A stretch of 64,000 nucleotides of DNA from an uncultured Bdellovibrionales bacterium (GCA_964484505.1 CAZAFB010000006.1:14337-78336), one strand, 5' to 3'; shown: positions 18,749-29,593, numbered from the stretch's first letter. Numbers and translations: made by a program. The notes: generated by a model from the letters alone, not told the origin.

Positions 18749-18820
18749 AGCCGACGAAGGGATTTGAACCCATAACCTTCACTTTACAAAAGTGTTGCTC
18801 TACCGTTGAGCTACGTCGGC
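18749..18820 (-). tRNA. tRNA-Thr(TGT)
   Basis: GCCGACG...CGTCGGC-T acceptor, anticodon loop TTTGTAA. Confidence 0.95.
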
Positions 18821-18835
18821 ACCTCCGTGACAAGC

Positions 18836-19507
18836 CTACCTCCTCGCCAACAACCTTTCCAGCTTGCGGATTTTCAATTTCACCTTGTGATGAGCCGGAC
18901 TCAGTTTCAAAACTTGCCTGTAACACTCCAAAGCATCTTTGGCATTTTCTCGATCAGAATAATAATCTCCCAATCTTTCGTACGCTTCGATATCGCGCGG
19001 ATTCATTGCAATCCTCTTTATTAAAACGTCTTCCAATTTTTCATCTACATCCACTGTTCGCTGCGGCATTGTTACTTCCTTGCGCACCATCGGCTCTATT
19101 TTGTTTTCCCGCGGCGTCCTGGAAAAAATTTCCCCTATTCTGTCTTCCTTCAGTGGTCTTGCTTGCATCACACCCTCAGCTTCCTCTTTTTCCGACATTT
19201 CAACTTCCTGACGCTCCGCCTTGGCCGCATCACGCTTAGCCCTAATAGAACGAACCCAGTCATTGCTCGTATTGTGAAAACGGAGTGACATCAGCTTAGC
19301 TCTGCGAATAATCCATTCGGCAATAGCCAGAAAAAAATGGCCAATAACCGAAAAAAACCTGCGGAATTTGCTTCCGTAAAAACTTTTCGCTTGGACGTTT
19401 TGTCCGATTGGCATTTCCCCGATCAAAGCCGCCTTGCGGAAAATGAACCAAATCAAGAGCGAAAGACTTACAACTATTATAATTGGTGGCACTATATAAT
19501 ATAACAT
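18836..19507 (-). CDS. membrane-anchored TPR protein
   Basis: N-terminal TM; C-terminal NPRDIEAYERLGDYY...ALECYRQVLKLSP. Confidence 0.75.
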   Translation of the reverse strand: MLYYIVPPIIIVVSLSLLIWFIFRKAALIGEMPIGQNVQAKSFYGSKFRRFFSVIGHFFLAIAEWIIRRAKLMSLRFHNTSNDWVRSIRAKRDAAKAERQEVEMSEKEEAEGVMQARPLKEDRIGEIFSRTPRENKIEPMVRKEVTMPQRTVDVDEKLEDVLIKRIAMNPRDIEAYERLGDYYSDRENAKDALECYRQVLKLSPAHHKVKLKIRKLERLLARR

Positions 19508-19526
19508 GTCGGCAAAAAAATTCTTT

Positions 19527-20303
19527 TCATTTCACATCCTGTTTCGAAAAAACAACATACTTTCCGTCTTCTAGCTTGACTTTGATTTCTTGAGTTATAG
19601 CATTCACTTCAATAACTTCGCCATTTCCTTCCGGCGTGCGCACAATAGAATGAGGTTCGGGCATTCCCTTGAGCATTTCCTTATATTGACATGACTCATA
19701 GGAAAGACAGCACATGAGCCTGCCGCAGAATCCGGAAATACGCTCACTGCCACGATGTGCCACTTGTTGGATACGAGCCATATCGATTGAAATACTTGGC
19801 AAATTACCAGCCAGACGCAAGCAACATAGATCTCTGCCACACACTCCGCAGCCACCGCATTTTCGCGCTTCATCGCGTGAACCGATTTGATGCATCCGCA
19901 CACTGCGATGAAAAATACGCGCTAAGTTTTTAACCAATTCTCGAAAATCAACACGTTCCTCGGCGGTAAACACGATGACCATGTTGCTACCATCCAAACT
20001 TACGCGCGCGTCGATCACTTTCATTTCCAAATTCAATCTTTTTGCTTCCATCCGTGAAAGCTGCAAAATCTCTTTTTTCTTTTCCTCATTCTTTTCAAAG
20101 TTCTCCTGCTCTTTTTCCGATGCCATGCGCAATATCTGCTGCACACATTCGTCGCCAGTATCAATCGAGCCACCCACGACTTCGCCTATTTCCAAAGAAG
20201 CATCATCCCTAATAATAACCTTATTACCTTTGAGATATTCTTCTTCTCCCTCACAGAGCCAAGGGCTTTCCCAATTATATACGCTCACCAAATATTTTGC
20301 CAT
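19527..20303 (-). CDS. PSP1/RicT (YaaT) family protein
   Basis: FTAEERVDFRELV, RDEA, CGRDLCC, ISGFCGRLMCCLSYE. Confidence 0.9.
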   Translation of the reverse strand: MAKYLVSVYNWESPWLCEGEEEYLKGNKVIIRDDASLEIGEVVGGSIDTGDECVQQILRMASEKEQENFEKNEEKKKEILQLSRMEAKRLNLEMKVIDARVSLDGSNMVIVFTAEERVDFRELVKNLARIFHRSVRMHQIGSRDEARKCGGCGVCGRDLCCLRLAGNLPSISIDMARIQQVAHRGSERISGFCGRLMCCLSYESCQYKEMLKGMPEPHSIVRTPEGNGEVIEVNAITQEIKVKLEDGKYVVFSKQDVK

Positions 20304-20326
20304 AGCATTTCACGTAGCACGCATTA

Positions 20327-20905
20327 TTACAACTCAAAACGGACGAACTCACCTATCTGAATGTTTTCTCCAATTTTACTAATCTTTTCCGTAAGCAACT
20401 GTCCTATTGTCATTGAAGGATCTTTGACGAATGCCTGGGTTAGCAATGCGGCTTCCTCGCGAAATTTCTTTTCTTTTCCTTCCATGATTTTTGCAACCAT
20501 TTCCTTCGGCTTTCCTTCCTGCTCCAATTGCTTGGTCCAAATTTCCTTTTCCTTCTCCACCAGTTCAGCCAAAACATCTTCCGGCTTGACCACCAAAGGA
20601 CTCATCGCAGTTACATGCATTGCAACATCGCGGGCCAGCGCTTGGAATTCCTCATTGCGCGCAACGAAATCTGTCTCACAAAAAAGCTTCACCAATGCTC
20701 CGATCCTGTTATTTGAATGAATATAGGAAACCACAACGCCTTCTCTCGTTTCACGATCGGCACGCTTGAGAGCTTTGCCATGTCCTTGCTCGCGCAGAAT
20801 TTGGATAGCCTTTTCTTCATCACCTTTGGCTTCATCGAGAGCCTTTTTGATATTAACGACTCCCGCACCCGTTTTTTCACGTATTTTTTTGATAAGATCC
20901 AACAT
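20327..20905 (-). CDS. tsf: elongation factor Ts (short form)
   Basis: IREKTGAG, CETDFVARN; follows rpsB. Confidence 0.95.
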   Translation of the reverse strand: MLDLIKKIREKTGAGVVNIKKALDEAKGDEEKAIQILREQGHGKALKRADRETREGVVVSYIHSNNRIGALVKLFCETDFVARNEEFQALARDVAMHVTAMSPLVVKPEDVLAELVEKEKEIWTKQLEQEGKPKEMVAKIMEGKEKKFREEAALLTQAFVKDPSMTIGQLLTEKISKIGENIQIGEFVRFEL

Positions 20906-20991
20906 AATATAATTTACAGAAACACACAGAAGTTTACGGAACGACACAGAAAAAATTCCGTGTCTCTGTGTTATTCTGTTATATTTTGTGT

Positions 20992-21765
20992 TTATTCTTT
21001 TACTATAGCTTTACAAACATAACTCATGATGGTACGCAACGATGAAACAGCATCATCATTGGCAGGGATCACAAAATCAATTCCCGTCGGATCAACATTC
21101 GTATCCGCAATCGCTACAACAGGAACGCCAACTTTTTGAGCTTCTTTAATTGCTAAATTATCTTCTTTGATACTCATGGCAAATATCGCAGCCGGCAGTT
21201 CGATCATGTTTTTAATACCGCCCATGCGCTTTTCCATCTTTTCAAGCTCTTCAATTTTTTTCATCTGCTCAAACTTGGTATACTTCTTGAATTCACCCTT
21301 AGCAAACTTATCCTGCGAATCGACCAGATATCTGGCACGTTGGCGGATTATCTTGAAATTGGTAAATGTTCCTCCAAGCCATCTCTCACTAACAAAAAAC
21401 ATGTCCGAAAATTCAGCGGCATCGCGAGCCAACTCACGCGCCTGAGTCTTGGTTCCCACAAAAAGTACCTTTTTGCCAGAAGCCTTGATTTCAGCCAAAA
21501 AATCCATTGCTTCTTGAAGCTTTTCTGCAGTCTTTTGTAGATCAATTATATTAATTCCCTTGCGGGTGGTGAAGATGTATTTATCCATCTTCGGATTTCT
21601 GCGAGCCTTTTGGTGACCAAAATGCACGCCGTTTTTGAGCAAAGTTTCCAGAGTCAATTCCATTTTGCCCAAATCAACACTGGCGAAATAATTTTCCCCC
21701 TCTTCAGTCTTTTTTGAGACTTCCGCCTCCGACGCAGACACTACGCCATTCTTTTTCATTGTCAT
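20992..21765 (-). CDS. rpsB: 30S ribosomal protein S2
   Basis: GVHFGH, RWLGGTFTNF, DTNVDP, IPANDDA. Confidence 0.97.
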   Translation of the reverse strand: MTMKKNGVVSASEAEVSKKTEEGENYFASVDLGKMELTLETLLKNGVHFGHQKARRNPKMDKYIFTTRKGINIIDLQKTAEKLQEAMDFLAEIKASGKKVLFVGTKTQARELARDAAEFSDMFFVSERWLGGTFTNFKIIRQRARYLVDSQDKFAKGEFKKYTKFEQMKKIEELEKMEKRMGGIKNMIELPAAIFAMSIKEDNLAIKEAQKVGVPVVAIADTNVDPTGIDFVIPANDDAVSSLRTIMSYVCKAIVKE

Positions 21766-22083
21766 TTGGATTATTCCTTAATGTGTTACATATCTGTCAA
21801 AGAGACAGACTGCTTGCCTACCAGGCAAGCGTAAAACCGCCTATCCAAGCCTTTTTTAACCAAAATCCCCACAAAAGGGACAGGATTGGCCAAGCTTTGG
21901 ATATATTGGATCGCGCCTAAAGAAAAGCCTTCTGGCACGTACATGGCTCAGTATAGCGAAAGACTCACCCCTTGTCAATTTCCCAACCCTATGTTACATT
22001 ATCCAAGCGCTATCAAATAATCATACAAATTTCAGAAATTCAATTCGTACATTCGTACCGATTCGTATTTCGTAGAGGAATTC

Positions 22084-22353
22084 ATGAAGAAGAACATTCA
22101 CCCAGAATATCATGGAGATGCTAAGGTTATCTGCTCTTGCGGAGCAGTTTTGGAGACCGGTTCTACCGTGAAAGAAATGCATGTGGAAATTTGCTCCCAG
22201 TGTCATCCTTTCTATACTGGCAAGAAAAAAGTTATTGACACAACCGGACGCGTAGACCGCTTTAAGAAACTTGCCGAAAAAGCTGCCGCAGCGAAAAAAA
22301 CCGTTAAATCGAAAACTGAAAAAAAGGCCAAGAAGGCTGAGAAGAAAAAATAG
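22084..22353 (+). CDS. rpmE: 50S ribosomal protein L31
   Basis: [29 protein letters not shown]. Confidence 0.97.
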   Translation: MKKNIHPEYHGDAKVICSCGAVLETGSTVKEMHVEICSQCHPFYTGKKKVIDTTGRVDRFKKLAEKAAAAKKTVKSKTEKKAKKAEKKK

Positions 22354-22369
22354 TTTTTTACAGAAATTG

Positions 22370-22394
22370 AAAACCCCGCGCCAAGCGGGGTTTT
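22370..22394. terminator. bidirectional intrinsic terminator
   Basis: aaaaccccgc-gccaa-gcggggtttt between convergent rpmE and mscL. Confidence 0.8.
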
Positions 22395-22410
22395 ATTTTT
22401 GTACAAGAAA

Positions 22411-22794
22411 TTATTTCTTGATGTTATCCCTTATCTCGCGAAGCAACAAAACTTCCTCTGTCGGCTTTGCCGGTTCTTTTTCCTCCTGTTTCTTTATTTT
22501 TTCCAATTGTTTGATCACCAAAAAAATTGAAAAAGCAATGATCAGAAAATCAATCACGGTGTTTATAAACAGACCATAATTTATCGTAACAGCCGCAGCG
22601 CTTCCGGAAGCTTTTTTTAGCGTAAAAACCAAATTGGAAAAATCCACACCGCCTGTGAGCATCCCGATTGGCGGCATGATTATGTCGGAAACAAATGACG
22701 AAACGATTTTACCGAACGCGCCACCGATAACGACACCGACAGCCAAGTCCACCACATTGCCTTTCATGGCAAACTTTTTGAATTCTTGCAGCAT
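22411..22794 (-). CDS. mscL: large-conductance mechanosensitive channel
   Basis: [35 protein letters not shown]. Confidence 0.97.
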   Translation of the reverse strand: MLQEFKKFAMKGNVVDLAVGVVIGGAFGKIVSSFVSDIIMPPIGMLTGGVDFSNLVFTLKKASGSAAAVTINYGLFINTVIDFLIIAFSIFLVIKQLEKIKKQEEKEPAKPTEEVLLLREIRDNIKK

Positions 22795-22823
22795 ACTCTT
22801 ATTACCCCCTGCTTTTAATAATT

Positions 22824-23222
22824 TTACTCCGTAGTTGTTCCCTCAAATTCCGCTTCATTCGCCGCAGCTTCTTCTTTGGTTGCACGCACAATTTGGTCTT
22901 TGTGATGCGCTGGTGAATAAATCGTATATAACTTCAATTCTTCCGAGTCGGATACATTGATAATATTGTGCTCAGCGCCCGCAGGAACCAAAATGGCCAC
23001 ACCATCCCCAACTTCATATTCATTTCCGTCAATAATGCATTTTCCCTCACCTTTTTCAAAGCGAAAAAACTGGTCATTGTCGAGATGGACTTCCATGCCA
23101 ATTTCTTCGCCCGGACGAAGACTCATCAAAACCAATTGGGAATGCTTGCCTGTGTAGAGTACTTTGCGAAAATTCCCATTTTCCAAAGTGTCTTTTTCGA
23201 TGTCTCCTCGATAACCTTTCAT
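22824..23222 (-). CDS. cupin domain protein
   Basis: EIGMEVH...DQFFRFEKG...[11 protein letters not shown]. Confidence 0.9.
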   Translation of the reverse strand: MKGYRGDIEKDTLENGNFRKVLYTGKHSQLVLMSLRPGEEIGMEVHLDNDQFFRFEKGEGKCIIDGNEYEVGDGVAILVPAGAEHNIINVSDSEELKLYTIYSPAHHKDQIVRATKEEAAANEAEFEGTTTE

Positions 23223-23347
23223 ATGTTTTTGATTAAAAAATTATATTACTTATTTTTATACAGATTCCAAATGTGATTTATTCCAATTATACCACAAACG
23301 CCATACGCCTTTACAAAAACCCTAAAAATTCTTACAATAAACGAGCT

Positions 23348-24415
23348 ATGGAATCACGTTTAAACAATATTAAAACAGAATATCAGCAAATTACCGACCA
23401 ACTCAGCTCCCCTGAGATTCTTTCCGATTCCCGCAAAATGGCCGAGCTTGGCAAAAAACAATCCGAGCTTTCGGAAATCATCGGCAAAATCGACCGTCTC
23501 GACCAAGTTGAGCATGAAATGAAGGGTAATGCCCAAATCGTCAACACTGAAGAAGATGCTGAAATGAAGCAGATGGCTTTGGATGAAAACGTCAAACTAT
23601 CCCAAGAAAAAGAGGCGCTGGAAAAGGAAATTGAAATGATGCTGCTGCCCAAAGATCCCAATGACTCCAAAAATGTCATCGTTGAAATCCGTGCCGGTGC
23701 CGGCGGCGACGAATCGGCACTTTTTGCCGCTTCACTTTTTCGCATGTATATAAAATATGCCGAAAGCAACGGCTGGCAAACAGGGGTATTAAACTCAAAT
23801 CAAACGGAACTTGGGGGCTTCAAAGAAATAGTTTTTGAAATGAACGGACAAGGCGTATATGGCAAGATGAAATATGAGTCCGGGGTACACCGCGTGCAGC
23901 GCGTGCCGGAAACTGAAAAAATGGGTCGTGTGCACACTTCAACAGCCACAGTCGCCGTTTTGCCGGAAGCTGAAGAAGTGGAACTCGTCATTAATGAAAA
24001 AGATTTACGTATAGATACTTTTGCGTCATCAGGTCCAGGCGGACAATCCGTCAACACGACCATGAGCGCCGTACGCATCACTCACCTTCCGACCGGCACG
24101 GTAGTTTCCTGCCAGGATGAAAAATCCCAGCACAAGAACAAAGACAAAGCGATGAAAGTTTTGCGCTCACGTTTGGCACAACTGGAAGAAGAAGCGCGCG
24201 CCAAAGAATTAGGAGATGCCAGAAAGAGCCAAATCGGCACAGGGGATCGAAGCGAGAAAATCAGAACTTACAACTTTCCACAGGATCGCATCACTGACCA
24301 CCGCATCAAGCAAAACTGGAGCAACATTGAAGGCATCCTCGCCGGCAACCTTGAATCAATCATCACTGCCCTTCAAGAAGAAGACATCAAACTTAAGATG
24401 TCGAAAACGTCTTAA
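23348..24415 (+). CDS. prfA: peptide chain release factor 1
   Basis: [21 protein letters not shown] (PxT), [16 protein letters not shown]. Confidence 0.97.
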   Translation: MESRLNNIKTEYQQITDQLSSPEILSDSRKMAELGKKQSELSEIIGKIDRLDQVEHEMKGNAQIVNTEEDAEMKQMALDENVKLSQEKEALEKEIEMMLLPKDPNDSKNVIVEIRAGAGGDESALFAASLFRMYIKYAESNGWQTGVLNSNQTELGGFKEIVFEMNGQGVYGKMKYESGVHRVQRVPETEKMGRVHTSTATVAVLPEAEEVELVINEKDLRIDTFASSGPGGQSVNTTMSAVRITHLPTGTVVSCQDEKSQHKNKDKAMKVLRSRLAQLEEEARAKELGDARKSQIGTGDRSEKIRTYNFPQDRITDHRIKQNWSNIEGILAGNLESIITALQEEDIKLKMSKTS

Positions 24416-24543
24416 GCGATTCAAAAGGTTCAACCTTTTGAGGAGTTTATGCTTAGCCAAAGGTTGAACCTTGGGCAATGCAAAGGTTTTCAAATTTGCT
24501 AATTGGATTTTGATTAGAAATTAGGGATTAGAAATTCTGGAAT

Positions 24544-25062
24544 TTATTTCACCACCCACTCCGGATAAGCTTTGATATAAGAAAGAATGTGACCAAAATC
24601 AAAATAAACCAAAAGTGCAATTAGAAGGCTATACCCACAGGCAATCAAAATATCCCATTTCAAGCTCAAAATGAGCTTTTTTTCATATTGCGGAAGCTTT
24701 TTCTCGTAATTAACTATGTTGCCCGCGCCAATGCGCAATAGTGCCATTCCTGCAACATTAGTCAACCAATATCCGATCAGAAACAACAACATAAAAAGCA
24801 AGACACTCACCTCTGTCATATATGAAATTATTCTTCCTACTGAATAAGCAAACATGTATGCCAAGGGAACGTTTATTACCAAATCATTCCACCATGAAAA
24901 AGGCGAGAGCGAAAACCCTGCCGTCGCAATCAGCCCGTGTTTGGTCCTGTGAAATATTTTTTGTAAATCCATATCCTTATGTACAAATATTACACATATG
25001 GATATGAGTATACCACAAAAGATTGGGGGTATCGAGACATTGTCTCGATACCCCCACATCAC
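24544..25062 (-). CDS. hypothetical membrane protein
   Basis: LSPFSWWNDLVINVPLAY motif, several TM segments; start uncertain. Confidence 0.65.
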   Translation of the reverse strand: MMWGYRDNVSIPPIFCGILISICVIFVHKDMDLQKIFHRTKHGLIATAGFSLSPFSWWNDLVINVPLAYMFAYSVGRIISYMTEVSVLLFMLLFLIGYWLTNVAGMALLRIGAGNIVNYEKKLPQYEKKLILSLKWDILIACGYSLLIALLVYFDFGHILSYIKAYPEWVVK

Positions 25063-25065
25063 CTA

Positions 25066-26121
25066 TCAGAAGGCACCAATTTTGCGGGCACAATCCAATA
25101 CATTTTCGCCTACCTTTAAGCCCATAAATGCCTTGGGATTATTGACCCAAGCATGTCTGTTTCTGCCGGAATTTTTAGCCGCATAGAGAGCAACATCCGC
25201 GGCATCGATCATATTTTTGACGCCGCCTTCCGCACTATACAGTTCCTTTTCAAAAGGGCATATCCCCGCAGAAAACGTCAGTTTTCTCTCTATGTTATCA
25301 ATCTGTACAACATTAAGCCTCAGCTGCCCGATCAACTTCTCAAGCGATTCTTTTGAACCAGGCATGCACAATGCGAATTCCTCACCTCCCATACGTGCAA
25401 AAAATGATCCGGGATATATTTCCTGCATCTTTCGCAGATTCTGAGCGAAAAACACCAACACGGCATCGCCGGCCGCATGCCCATATTCATCGTTTATTTT
25501 TTTGAAATAATCAATGTCTATCATCGCAAAAAAATAATCTTCCAGAGGCTCCGGAAGTTTCCGGGTTTTCTCCTCCCAAGCCCTCCTGTTGGGCAACTGA
25601 GTGAGATCATCGATATATGCTCGCTCATCAAGAGGCTCGGGCTTGCTGTGCAGAATCATCATTTTAAGCAGGATCGTTTCTCTCAGCAAGCTACAGATCA
25701 TTTTCAGCTCATCTTCTCGAAACAAATAATTTCTTGCACTTTCCGTATCGTCAATTCCAATGAGATAATGACACGGACTTTTGCCATAGGGCACCAGGAA
25801 AGTAAAGGTAACATCGTTGCCGACACCATCTCGCGCAACCATCTCCAAGAAACCGTCAACTGGATCGCCGTTTGGGATATCATCCAGCTCATACACACCA
25901 GTCATCTTGAAAACGCCGGTGGAAGCTATGGATATCCATTGCTTTTGGCTCTCATTGTACCTGAGAAGAGATATGCGATTCGCGTTCAGGAGATCCGCCA
26001 CATCTTCCAGTATCATGTCTAAGAAGGCCTCGAATTGATAAGTATGAATGGCATTAAGCCAACGCCAAAACTCCTCACCGACAATCCTGATTCCAAACTG
26101 CTCCAATGCTTTTCTGAACAT
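25066..26121 (-). CDS. GGDEF-domain diguanylate cyclase with degenerate GAF-like N-terminus
   Basis: DDLTQLPNRR, DIDYFKKINDEYGHAAGD, RMGGEEF, ADVALYAAKNSGRN. Confidence 0.9.
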   Translation of the reverse strand: MFRKALEQFGIRIVGEEFWRWLNAIHTYQFEAFLDMILEDVADLLNANRISLLRYNESQKQWISIASTGVFKMTGVYELDDIPNGDPVDGFLEMVARDGVGNDVTFTFLVPYGKSPCHYLIGIDDTESARNYLFREDELKMICSLLRETILLKMMILHSKPEPLDERAYIDDLTQLPNRRAWEEKTRKLPEPLEDYFFAMIDIDYFKKINDEYGHAAGDAVLVFFAQNLRKMQEIYPGSFFARMGGEEFALCMPGSKESLEKLIGQLRLNVVQIDNIERKLTFSAGICPFEKELYSAEGGVKNMIDAADVALYAAKNSGRNRHAWVNNPKAFMGLKVGENVLDCARKIGAF

Positions 26122-26272
26122 CTTTTGGTTCCTCCTTTTTTGGTTTTTATTCTGTTGGAAAATAACTTGCAAATAATGCAACAAAAAGACTACCACATGA
26201 AGTTATGCAAATCAAGTCTTTACATGGCATCTATACTTCCCTATAATTCTACACATCCATAATATCCCTCGG

Positions 26273-27190
26273 ATGAAGGAAATATTTCAAAAAAACATAG
26301 ATTCTATTATGAATAAAAATAAGGGCAAACTGGATACATTTGAAATTCAGCTGCTTTGCGCTGAAGCGATTGGAAAATCGCGCGAGTTCGTCATGGCACA
26401 CCCGGAATATACAATGAGCAGTAGACAATGCTCAATATTCAATAGATTTATCGAAAGAAGACTTAAAGGAGAGCCGCTTGCTTATATCTTAGGACAAAAG
26501 GAATTTTATGGTTTAGATTTTGTCGTCAACAAACATACGCTCGTGCCGCGACCGGAAACGGAACTGCTCGTCGATTTAACATTGGGAGAATTAAGCCACA
26601 TGTTACGTAACAAGCTACGCAGCACTACGATCATCGATATTGGAACGGGCAGCGGAAATATTATTATTTCAATCGCTAAAGTGATTGAAAGTTTCAAGTT
26701 TCAAGTTTCAAGTTTCAAATTCATTGGAATTGACGTATCAAAAGAAGCTCTGGCTGTCGCAAAGAAAAACGCGAAGATACACGGTATCAATAAAAAAATA
26801 AAATTCCTCCAAGGTGATTTGTTCTCTCCCGTTTTGGAGAAAAAATATTGTTCATTGTTCACTGATCATTGTTCTCTGATTATAACTGCCAATCTTCCAT
26901 ATCTTTCCAAAGAAATTTACGAAAGCGCTCCGCGTGATGTCAAGAACTTCGAACCCAAGTCCGCCCTCTATTCCCCCTCCGCCGGCCTTGGACATTACAA
27001 AAAACTTTTATCTCAAATTAATAATTCCTTGTTCATTGATCATTGTTCATTGATCATTTTTCTAGAAATCAGTCCCGAACAAAAACCCCTACTTTCACCA
27101 ATCATCAAAAAAATATTCCCCGAAGTAAAAATCAAATTTCATAAAGATCTGGCTGGCAAATGGAGGGCATGTGAAATAAAATCGCAATAG
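26273..27190 (+). CDS. prmC: release factor glutamine methyltransferase
   Basis: GEPLAYILG, LVPRPETE, DIGTGSG, NLPY. Confidence 0.92.
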   Translation: MKEIFQKNIDSIMNKNKGKLDTFEIQLLCAEAIGKSREFVMAHPEYTMSSRQCSIFNRFIERRLKGEPLAYILGQKEFYGLDFVVNKHTLVPRPETELLVDLTLGELSHMLRNKLRSTTIIDIGTGSGNIIISIAKVIESFKFQVSSFKFIGIDVSKEALAVAKKNAKIHGINKKIKFLQGDLFSPVLEKKYCSLFTDHCSLIITANLPYLSKEIYESAPRDVKNFEPKSALYSPSAGLGHYKKLLSQINNSLFIDHCSLIIFLEISPEQKPLLSPIIKKIFPEVKIKFHKDLAGKWRACEIKSQ

Positions 27191-27291
27191 CATCCTTGAT
27201 TTGCTGTGCCCGCTTCTGGAGAGTTTATGGATCTAGCTGCGCAAAACTAGCCACTGAAATAAATCAGCATGACATCATTACAATGTAATAC

Positions 27292-27320
27292 GCAAAAACC
27301 CGCATTGAGCGGGTTTTTGC
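27292..27320. terminator. intrinsic terminator
   Basis: gcaaaaacccgc-attga-gcgggtttttgc. Confidence 0.75.
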
Positions 27321-27379
27321 TATGTTTTCTTTCTTTCGATGAAGAAAGGAAACACTAAAGAAGATATAATCAAATAAGA

Positions 27380-27538
27380 CTATTTCTTTTTCTTTTTAGC
27401 AACTTTCTTTTTCTTAGGAGCTGCTTTTTTGACTGCTTTCTTCACAGTCTTGGTAGCCTTCTTTACAGCCTTCTTAGCAACTTTCTTTTTCTTAGGAGCT
27501 GCTTTTTTGGTAGCCTTCTTAGCTTTTTTAACTGCCAT
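27380..27538 (-). CDS. small Lys/Ala-rich histone H1-like protein (52 aa; below the ORF-track cut-off)
   Basis: MAVKKAKKATKKAAPKKKKVAKKAVKKATKTVKKAVKKAAPKKKKVAKKKKK*; strong RBS AAGGAGGTGA upstream; terminator downstream. Confidence 0.8.
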   Translation of the reverse strand: MAVKKAKKATKKAAPKKKKVAKKAVKKATKTVKKAVKKAAPKKKKVAKKKKK

Positions 27539-27924
27539 GTGGACTCACCTCCTTCTATACATCTTGTCTATTTCATATTCGCGCTGGACATTCCAGTCCC
27601 GCGTCTTCTCCTCTAATGTCCTTGCATCATCAGGAAAGATACGAGACCGAAAACATCAAGCGAAAGATTTTTTTGACAAAGATATTTTTATTTTTTTATT
27701 TCTTGCGAGAAGTTTCTCTCACAACTTAATTATAGAATATAATTCCTAAAATGCAACAAGAAAAAGTTATCCACAGTGTAAAAATGTTCCACATCCACAC
27801 TGCAAGCAGTTTTAAAAATCAAAATACAAAAATCAAAATACAAAATGCGTCGATGAATGCTAGCTAAAAACTTACAACAAACAACTAGCAATTTATAACT
27901 TTTAAATTAACCGAGCCTTGCACA

Positions 27925-27993
27925 TTTCCGCGTTCTTCCGCGTGGAGTCTGCGTTAGTCTGCGCGTATAGAAATTTTTAGAATTTCTATACGA
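27925..27993. repeat. intergenic copy of the tandem-repeat plus hairpin element also inserted at 5058-5126
   Basis: colinear, about 80% identical, with compensatory changes in the hairpin. Confidence 0.75.
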
Positions 27994-28376
27994 TAAAAAA
28001 TGATACAACATTATATGTTACATAAAAAATAAAAAATAATTTCAAGTTTAGCATTTTTATATTTTTCAACTTTTTTGTTTTGAATTTCATCCGCCAGCTG
28101 GCGAATCGTATTTCAGATTTGCATATCTCACATCTCAAATCTCCTATCACCATCCTCATCTTGCTTATTATTCACTGTTCTTTTCTCACTAATCATTGTT
28201 CATTGATTAGAAATTATGCCAAAAATGGCAGATTTGTCCAGTTGACGCTATAAAACCCCCTAGGTAAAATAGAAAGACGAAGGAGATGCGCTCTGACCCA
28301 ATCAGAGACTGCTTCAACGGAAGCGTCCTTTACCAAAAAAATAAATTTTAATCTAGAAAGGAAGGTGACATGAATT

Positions 28377-29042
28377 ATGATGGAAGAATACACACCAGGT
28401 TCCGAATCTGAAGAATCACAGCCAAGCCAACTCAAGCAATGGCTTCAAGACAATCTTCGAATCATCGTCAGTATCTTTATCGTAGTCGTGATCGCAGGAG
28501 GAATTTATTCTTATTCCAAACGCGGCAACACTCCGGTAAGCGAAGAAGAATCTGTTGCCACTGAAGAACAGGCGACTGAGGAAGGTGCTGTGCAAATAGC
28601 AGACAACTCACAGCAAGATCAGCAAAAAGAAGAGCCTACCAAACCGACTCAGAATGAGGAAGTTAAGCCAGCTCCAAAAGAGGAGGCTAAACCAGCAGTA
28701 GAAGCTCCAAAGGAAGAAGTTTCTTCTGCAGCAGCAAGCAAGGAAACCACAGGTTCGTTTGTGGAAACAGCCGTTAAGGGAAACGGAACAACCCATCTTG
28801 CCCGCAGAGCTCTCGCGGATTATCTCGAAAAGAATCCTGACAGCGCCCTTACCAAGGAGCACAAGATTTACATCGAGGATTACCTGCGCAAGAATATAGG
28901 GCGCCATGGAAATGTTGCAGTGGGAACACAGATCGAATTCAGCAAGGACCTTATTCAGAGAAGTATCGAGCAATCGAAGAAGCTGAGCGACAATCAACTC
29001 AAGAATCTTCAGAAATATTCCGCTCGCGTATCGACACTGTGA
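28377..29042 (+). CDS. membrane-anchored hypothetical protein
   Basis: TM helix, Glu/Pro-rich linker, globular C-terminal domain; RBS upstream and terminator at about 29096-29122. Confidence 0.75.
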   Translation: MMEEYTPGSESEESQPSQLKQWLQDNLRIIVSIFIVVVIAGGIYSYSKRGNTPVSEEESVATEEQATEEGAVQIADNSQQDQQKEEPTKPTQNEEVKPAPKEEAKPAVEAPKEEVSSAAASKETTGSFVETAVKGNGTTHLARRALADYLEKNPDSALTKEHKIYIEDYLRKNIGRHGNVAVGTQIEFSKDLIQRSIEQSKKLSDNQLKNLQKYSARVSTL

Positions 29043-29122
29043 AAATAGAATGTGATGTAAATCGCTCTTTTGTGAAAATTATTTCTTTTTATAACAAAAA
29101 CCCCGCAACTGCGGGGTTTTTG

Positions 29123-29593
29123 TTATTCAATATCAAGTTTATTCCCTTCTTTTAAGTCGTATTTTTTCGCCATGCCGGCATTAAGTTCAAGCACCATGTC
29201 CGCATCACTATTCGGCAAAAATGTTCTCTGATCATAAGCTGAAATATCGCGCTCCACTTGTATCACCTCCCTGTTTCTAAGCCAGATAACATCAAGCGGA
29301 AATTCCATACCTTTCATCCAGAAAGCATGCTTTCCAGGAGAAGTGAAGACGAAGAGCATACCACAATTTGCACACAGACTCCGACGTTCGGAAAGTCCCT
29401 TGCGCATCTTTTTGTCGCTTATAACAACTTCTGCGCGCAAAACTCCAACGCCCGTCCTTATTTTCTTGATCCAATTTCCTTCAACTGAAATCACATTTGT
29501 TTTCAAATACATCCACGCCACGCCGCCAAAAGCAGCAACAAGCATCACAACTAAAATAGTTTTTATGATCTTTCCTGCTTTTCCATTTTTCAT
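29123..29593 (-). CDS. DUF192 family protein
   Basis: GLS.R, GMLFVF, FWMKGMEFPLDVIW, VLELNAG. Confidence 0.9.
   Translation of the reverse strand: MKNGKAGKIIKTILVVMLVAAFGGVAWMYLKTNVISVEGNWIKKIRTGVGVLRAEVVISDKKMRKGLSERRSLCANCGMLFVFTSPGKHAFWMKGMEFPLDVIWLRNREVIQVERDISAYDQRTFLPNSDADMVLELNAGMAKKYDLKEGNKLDIE

Noticed and set aside
27429-27749. + strand hydrophobic ORF MTAFFTVLVAFF...
   Set aside because: It is the antisense shadow of the Lys-rich microprotein, which has the RBS.
27767-27775. Replication origin from DnaA-box-like TTATCCACA motifs (also at about 14919)
   Set aside because: The boxes are isolated, with no cluster and no dnaA or dnaN nearby.
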